Virus record (IMG/VR): IMGVR_UViG_3300025917_000002
Coordinates: 1-64,000 of that record
Reading direction: 5' to 3' (one strand)
DNA from: a virus
DNA length: 64,000 nt
The notes beneath the pieces were generated by a model. It did no database searches. It worked only from the letters and a program-made list of their open reading frames with translations, and had not been told where the DNA came from. This document shows positions 58,650 to 64,000 of the stretch, in pieces. Each line of letters starts with the position of its first letter. Within the stretch, counting starts at the first letter, position 1. The translations under genes and the position numbers were made by a program.

Positions 58650-60500
58650 ATGTCTTGGGGAGTACCAAAACTAGGGACGTTGGTTGAAGACCCTGTGAGC
58701 GGGGGCAACTTCACCCTAATTGAGCCCGCGGGCGTGGCACAGGGTGACCTGATGATTGCCTGTATTGCCTACCGTGGTAATGCGGCGATTACGGCTCCTG
58801 CTGGCTGGTCTACCGTAGCCACGGCGCAAAACACGGGCGACACCGACGCCACAAACGGCATCGCGAGTGGCGTGATGTTCTACATCACTCGTGGCGCGTC
58901 TGCCCCTGATCTAGTTTGCACGCGGACAGCCGGGGATGTGGTTCAGGCACGGGTTATTTCTTACTCAGGATATTCGGGTGTATACGATACTGGCACGTCT
59001 CGCACGCTCGCTGTTGCCTCGGCTACTGCTACGACGGCCTCGTTCGACACCGTTGTAGCGAACGAACTAATCGTTGCTATGGTGTCGGGCGGGGATAATT
59101 ACAGCGTTTCGACGGGCTTCGATGCGACTGATCCGGCTACCGCATCAGGTACAACCGCCGACACAACGACAGCTCCAACAGCAGGGACGTGGATACTCCG
59201 ACACCTATCGGGGACGGGGACAGGTGCCGACTCAACTTTGGTGATAGGCGATGCAATTCGAGCGACGGCGGGCGCGACCGGGCAGATATCTTGTGTGCTA
59301 TCAGGAATAGCCCAACAGGTGATGGTTGCGGGCGCGTTCAAGGTCAGGTATGCGACGGTTGTGTTGAATAGCCCTGCTGATGCGTCGTCGGATCCAGATA
59401 CAACGCCTACACTGGACTTTACCGGCACGGACCCAGATGGCGATTCGCTTGAGTACAACGTACGAATAAGTGGTGTAATTGATAAATATAGTGATGGCAA
59501 TATAAGTGGTTACTCGTCGTTTGGCGCGACCACTGGCGATCACGGTAACGGGCAATCATTTACTGGTACGGGTCAAACCCTACGCGCTGTCGAGTTTATG
59601 TTAGCAAACTTGTTAGGGTGTACCGGGAACGCAGTAGCAAAGATTTATGCGCATTCTGGTGCGTTTGGTACGTCATCTGTCCCCACCGGAGCAGCACTGG
59701 CTGTCTCTGATAATCTTGATGTGTCCACGCTGCCAACAGCACTAGATTATACATCTTCAACGGTTTTAACTTTTTCGGGTGCTAATCAAATTGTTTTAAC
59801 CAACGGTACGAAATATGTGGTTAGTTTGGAATATGAATCTGGCAGCACTCTTAGCATTCGATTGGGTATAGATACTACATCTCCTGGCCATGCTGGAAAT
59901 TGTATCATCAAGAATAGTTCTGATGTGTGGAACGCGCTGAACACCACCGACATCTGCTTTTCTGTGGATTTCTTTGTACTCAATAAGTTCTCTGCGTCAG
60001 ATGCGGGGTTCGTCAATCCGGATACAGGCGGAGATACCCACCCGTTTAATTCAGGCGAGAACATTCAATATACAGTTCAGGCAGGAGACGCCTTAGCCCC
60101 TGAGACTTATTCTTGGCGGGTCCGGGCTATTGATCCTGCTGGCAGTAACAGCTATGGAGAGTGGTCAGCAACACGGAGCTTTACCATTACGGTCGTAGGA
60201 AGCACCAGCGAATCGGCTAGCCCTTCCGTCTCATCTTCCGTCTCTCCTTCCACGTCCCAATCGGTCTCGTCGTCTACCTCTGTATCCACGTCAGAGTCCG
60301 TTTCGCCGTCTGTAAGTTCGTCCATTTCACCATCGGTCAGCGAGAGCGCAAGTTCGAGCGTCAGCCCAAGCGCAAGCCCTTCAGCATCCCCATCAACCTC
60401 ACCATCATCAAGCGTCAGTCCGTCGGCGGGTATACAGCCATTACCCTTAGTCTTTTCCCGACGTGGTATGATACTGACACACAGGAGATATATCCCATGA
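58650..60500 (+). CDS. Virion appendage/fibre-like protein with FN3/Ig-like domain and Ser/Pro-rich tail
   Basis: GDLMIACI..TAPAGW; TTPTLDFTGTDPDGD..YSWRVRAID..WSATRSF; SP tract at ~60200-60428. Confidence 0.7.
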   Translation: MSWGVPKLGTLVEDPVSGGNFTLIEPAGVAQGDLMIACIAYRGNAAITAPAGWSTVATAQNTGDTDATNGIASGVMFYITRGASAPDLVCTRTAGDVVQARVISYSGYSGVYDTGTSRTLAVASATATTASFDTVVANELIVAMVSGGDNYSVSTGFDATDPATASGTTADTTTAPTAGTWILRHLSGTGTGADSTLVIGDAIRATAGATGQISCVLSGIAQQVMVAGAFKVRYATVVLNSPADASSDPDTTPTLDFTGTDPDGDSLEYNVRISGVIDKYSDGNISGYSSFGATTGDHGNGQSFTGTGQTLRAVEFMLANLLGCTGNAVAKIYAHSGAFGTSSVPTGAALAVSDNLDVSTLPTALDYTSSTVLTFSGANQIVLTNGTKYVVSLEYESGSTLSIRLGIDTTSPGHAGNCIIKNSSDVWNALNTTDICFSVDFFVLNKFSASDAGFVNPDTGGDTHPFNSGENIQYTVQAGDALAPETYSWRVRAIDPAGSNSYGEWSATRSFTITVVGSTSESASPSVSSSVSPSTSQSVSSSTSVSTSESVSPSVSSSISPSVSESASSSVSPSASPSASPSTSPSSSVSPSAGIQPLPLVFSRRGMILTHRRYIP

Positions 60501-60985
60501 GCCGAATGTACCGAGTTCCGTTTACTGGCACCTTAACCAACGCAGGGGGCGACAGTGATTTGCTGAGCATCCAGCCCGCCGATGACAAGCCGTGTAAGAT
60601 CGCCGGGTGGTTTATTAGCCAAAGCTCGGAGATTGGTGATGTCCAAGAGGAGAATCTGCGCATTACTGTAAGGCACATGACCGCAACCGTTACTATTGGC
60701 AGTGGTGGGTCCGCAGTGACGCCTGTACCTCGGCGACCCGGTACTGACCTTGCTGCTGGATTCGTTGCGCGATGCAATGACACAACCGTTTCGACGACCA
60801 GTGGCACGAGCACAGTCTGTGAGGAGCTGGGATGGAACGAACGCAGCACTCCTTGGGAGCGGTTTATACCAGAAGAATTCCGGTTGCAGGCGGTGCAGGG
60901 TGAAGTGTTGATTGTCCGATGTGAATCAACTCCCGCTGACGACCTTACAATCGAAGTTACGTTCTTTGTCGAAGAAGAAGGCTAA
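60497..60985 (+). CDS. Small virion-module protein
   Basis: Overlaps previous gene stop; beta-rich. Confidence 0.6.
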   Translation: MSRMYRVPFTGTLTNAGGDSDLLSIQPADDKPCKIAGWFISQSSEIGDVQEENLRITVRHMTATVTIGSGGSAVTPVPRRPGTDLAAGFVARCNDTTVSTTSGTSTVCEELGWNERSTPWERFIPEEFRLQAVQGEVLIVRCESTPADDLTIEVTFFVEEEG

Positions 60986-60992
60986 AAGCTGA

Positions 60993-62852
60993 GTGGCAAC
61001 TTTCCACCGTTATAGGCTATTCAAGCTACCGCGTGCGCGGTGGATACCTAGTCGCACCCAAGTTAGCCCTTCCACGTCCGAAAGCGCCAGTCCAAGTCTT
61101 AGTGAGTCGGTATCACCTAGCGTATCGCCGTCTGTTAGTCCAAGTGTCAGCCCCAGTGTAAGCCCATCTGTTTCTGAATCACCGTCACCGTCAGTATCTC
61201 CCTCAGAGAGCGCATCGGCGAGTGAATCAACGTCACCGTCGATCTCTGAGTCCGTTTCGCCGTCCACGTCGGAATCGTCATCCATCTCGCCGTCAACGTC
61301 CGAGTCGGCTTCTCCGTCAGCGTCCCCATCTGTAAGCCCGAGCTTATCGGAAAGTGCATCACCATCGGTTAGTCCCTCTACATCTGAGTCGATCTCACCA
61401 TCAGAGTCCGAAAGCTCAAGCCCGTCTCCGAGCGAGGGTGTAGAATGCGACGAGCCAAGGACCCCAAATATCACACGAAACCACGATGTCGGACAGAATG
61501 CGTGGGCTAATACCGACAACGCCAAGGTCCCAGATTCCGCCTTCGCTACCGTTCTTTTCCCTGTTGACGGAGCCTCACTGAGCGACTATCTCTTGGTCAG
61601 AGACTTCGGGTTTACAATCGACTCATACACCATCATCGAAGGCATAACGGTCGAGGTTCTGCGCAAAGCAGATATGCTCGGGGTTAAGAGTGCCAACATC
61701 AATCTCGTTAAGGATGCGGACCAAGCTGTTCCTGTAGTATTTTCTGGCAACGATCCGGCAGTTGGCGACACCCTGCCTCTTATATCTAACTACAAAGCCT
61801 ACGGTGGCACCTACGAACTATGGGGAATGAGCTGGACAGCGGCGGAGATTAACTCGCCCGCGTTCGGGGTGTGGATACAGCTTAATGGTATAGATACACC
61901 AGGGGCAACGGCTTCTATAGACGCTGTTCAGGTAACGGTCTGTTATCTACAGACTGCATCTGTGTCGGAGAGCGCATCGCCATCTGTATCGCCTTCGACT
62001 TCGGCGTCAACATCCGAGAGCCCAAGCCCCAGCCTGAGTGAGAGCGCAAGCCCGAGTGTTAGCCCGAGCACGAGCCCATCGGTCAGTGAATCGGCCAGCT
62101 CCTCAGTATCCGAGTCGGTGTCGGCGTCCACATCCGAGTCCGCTTCACCTAGTGTTAGCTCGTCGACTTCTCCGTCTGTATCACCGTCGGTATCGGTATC
62201 TGTGTCGGAGTCTGCGTCGCCTAGCGTTAGCTCCTCGGTGTCGCCTTCGGTGTCGGCCTCGGCTTCTGAGTCATCGTCCGAATCATCATCAGTCAGCGGC
62301 TCCGTGTCCCCATCGGTGTCACCGTCTACTAGCGAGAGTGCCAGTGCCTCAGTAAGTCCGTCGTTGTCACCAAGCGTTTCACCATCAGCGTCCCCAAGCG
62401 TAAGTCCCAGTCCAAGTGAAAGCGCAAGTGCCAGCGTTAGCCCTAGCATCAGTCCGTCTACCAGCCCATCGGCCAGTTCGTCAGTATCATCGTCATTATC
62501 AGAGAGCCCGTCACCATCGGCTTCACCGAGCGTAAGTCCATCTGTATCACCGTCTGCATCACCGTCTATATCACCGTCAACATCCGAGTCCGCCTCGATC
62601 AGCGGCAGTATATCACCATCTACATCACCATCACTGTCCCCCTCACTTTCGCTTAGTGCCAGCCCATCTCCCAGCCCTAGCTTCTCCTTCGCGGTCTGCC
62701 CGGAGGTGGGGGAGGCCGTAGCTACGTTCACGGTGGTAGCATGGAGCGGCCAAACATCGGGAGCGGCCACAGCGGTTCCAGCAGATGTTGCTTGGAGTGG
62801 TATTATCTCAGGGCAGGCAACGGCGGCGTTCACCGAGGTCCCATGCGTTTAG
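60993..62852 (+). CDS. Mucin-like protein: two Ser/Pro-rich tracts flanking a beta-sandwich domain
   Basis: ~125 aa and ~245 aa SPSVSPS tracts; central [26 protein letters not shown]. Confidence 0.75.
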   Translation: MATFHRYRLFKLPRARWIPSRTQVSPSTSESASPSLSESVSPSVSPSVSPSVSPSVSPSVSESPSPSVSPSESASASESTSPSISESVSPSTSESSSISPSTSESASPSASPSVSPSLSESASPSVSPSTSESISPSESESSSPSPSEGVECDEPRTPNITRNHDVGQNAWANTDNAKVPDSAFATVLFPVDGASLSDYLLVRDFGFTIDSYTIIEGITVEVLRKADMLGVKSANINLVKDADQAVPVVFSGNDPAVGDTLPLISNYKAYGGTYELWGMSWTAAEINSPAFGVWIQLNGIDTPGATASIDAVQVTVCYLQTASVSESASPSVSPSTSASTSESPSPSLSESASPSVSPSTSPSVSESASSSVSESVSASTSESASPSVSSSTSPSVSPSVSVSVSESASPSVSSSVSPSVSASASESSSESSSVSGSVSPSVSPSTSESASASVSPSLSPSVSPSASPSVSPSPSESASASVSPSISPSTSPSASSSVSSSLSESPSPSASPSVSPSVSPSASPSISPSTSESASISGSISPSTSPSLSPSLSLSASPSPSPSFSFAVCPEVGEAVATFTVVAWSGQTSGAATAVPADVAWSGIISGQATAAFTEVPCV

Positions 62853-63023
62853 AGATGAGCATGAAACCAGAAACCTTGTTGAAGCTCGCCGCGTGGTTCG
62901 AGGCGAGGGCCAAACGAACGGAGTGTGGCGGTTGTAAGCGGCGGGCGCTCCGGTTGGCGCGGGTAGCTCGGCGGGCCGCACAGGCAAAAGTTGATGAAGC
63001 CCTAAACGTGGTAGAGGAGGCCA

Positions 63024-64000
63024 GTGGCAAAGAAAAGCAAGAACTTACGTAGCGGAATCCCGCTGCTCGGCGGATCGCTCATCGACGATCTGAACGCGAT
63101 GGGCGAAGCTGCGGGCAAGCCGGGTATGGGCACGAGGCTCGCTACTGAGCTGAACCGCCGCTTCATCACGATCAACACGAGACAGGACGCGCAGGCGGGG
63201 CTGCGGGGGTCAGTTGCGATTGCGCCCCAGAAACGGAGGGCGAGCAGGGGAGCCCCCGCGCCGGGGCTCTTGCTGCGCCAGAACCGAATCGGCGAAGTCG
63301 ATGACGCGATCAACGATGACGAGGTACCGAACTGGGGACAGGTCCGGGGGCTATTTACCTGCGAGCACTTCGGTGGGCACGTCAGCGGGTTTCCGGGGTG
63401 GGTTGAGGAGTGCGTTGAAGGAGAGAAGGCAGCAGCCGGTGAGGGCATTATGCCCTACTTCTTCGGCTGGACGGTCCACATTCCCCCCGAGGCAGATACG
63501 TTGGTTATCGACCCGTTTGCTGGCGAAACGGTTATACGCTTATGGTCATTCGTTCTACCGGAACCTGCCATAGTAGATCGTGTCAGCTACTATATGCAGA
63601 TATTTACTTTCACCTCTATACCTCCAACCATCAATATAGGTCTTTATGATGTCAATCTTAACCTGATTTTTGAGACTGGCGGGATAGATGTTAGTGACCC
63701 AGCAAATCCCGCAGTGGTAGAGGACGGAGCTTTCACCTTTGAGCTTGACCAATCTTACGATCTGGCGTCAGGTGAATACTTTCTTGCGTTTGCTAGCGGT
63801 GTCTGTATGCGAATGATCGGTATAGCTACCAGTCCGTTCTCACTGGCCTTGCTTAACCACGCCGAAGTGCAGGATGAAGGACTTACTACCCCCGGCCCCT
63901 ACGGTCTGCGATTTTTTGAGTTCGACGTTGGCACGTCTACCACAAAACCTTATGACGAATTGCCGTCTGTTATTGATGCAACCACTGGGACATTTGTAAA
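63024..64000 (+). CDS. Tail-module protein (3' truncated), absent from ORF track
   Basis: GAGGAGG RBS, GTG start, frame open to window end. Confidence 0.7.
   Translation, partial: MAKKSKNLRSGIPLLGGSLIDDLNAMGEAAGKPGMGTRLATELNRRFITINTRQDAQAGLRGSVAIAPQKRRASRGAPAPGLLLRQNRIGEVDDAINDDEVPNWGQVRGLFTCEHFGGHVSGFPGWVEECVEGEKAAAGEGIMPYFFGWTVHIPPEADTLVIDPFAGETVIRLWSFVLPEPAIVDRVSYYMQIFTFTSIPPTINIGLYDVNLNLIFETGGIDVSDPANPAVVEDGAFTFELDQSYDLASGEYFLAFASGVCMRMIGIATSPFSLALLNHAEVQDEGLTTPGPYGLRFFEFDVGTSTTKPYDELPSVIDATTGTFV

Noticed and set aside
60993-62852. Possible CRISPR array or DNA tandem repeat
   Set aside because: Repetition is at protein level only; no constant repeat-spacer units and no cas genes
1-64000. 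Integrase/att site, reverse transcriptase/DGR, host genes
   Set aside because: None recognisable; lifestyle and host cannot be determined from this window

Overview
The whole window is dsDNA tailed-phage sequence with a podovirus-like morphogenesis layout and probably a diderm host. No integrase, rRNA, CRISPR array or host housekeeping gene is visible. Order: 3' end of a large (probably internal virion) gene, then a membrane-protein-rich lysis block with a GH24 lysozyme and two overlapping spanin-like gene pairs (1-7.55 kb, +). Next is a leftward replication/early arm (7.56-28.7 kb, -): intein-containing UDG-PolA fusion, Lar, SSB-like, AAA_24 ATPase, PD-(D/E)XK nuclease, SLOG, D5-type helicase, many small ORFs and two structured-RNA candidates. 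A mirror-symmetric divergent promoter region follows, then a rightward arm: TerS, MazG, intein-containing TerL, J-domain protein, Dam, portal, two glycosyltransferases, scaffold, capsid, HNH, three adaptor-like proteins, nozzle and appendage proteins. The main finding is a candidate phage mucin-type O-glycosylation system. Two glycosyltransferases inside the head module carry the DxH(C) and Gal/GalNAc-T motifs of polypeptide GalNAc-transferases (one fused to a methyltransferase, one to a second GT domain), and four virion-module proteins carry long codon-scrambled Ser/Pro/Thr tracts that look like their acceptors. All calls come from reading motifs by eye; no database search was run.
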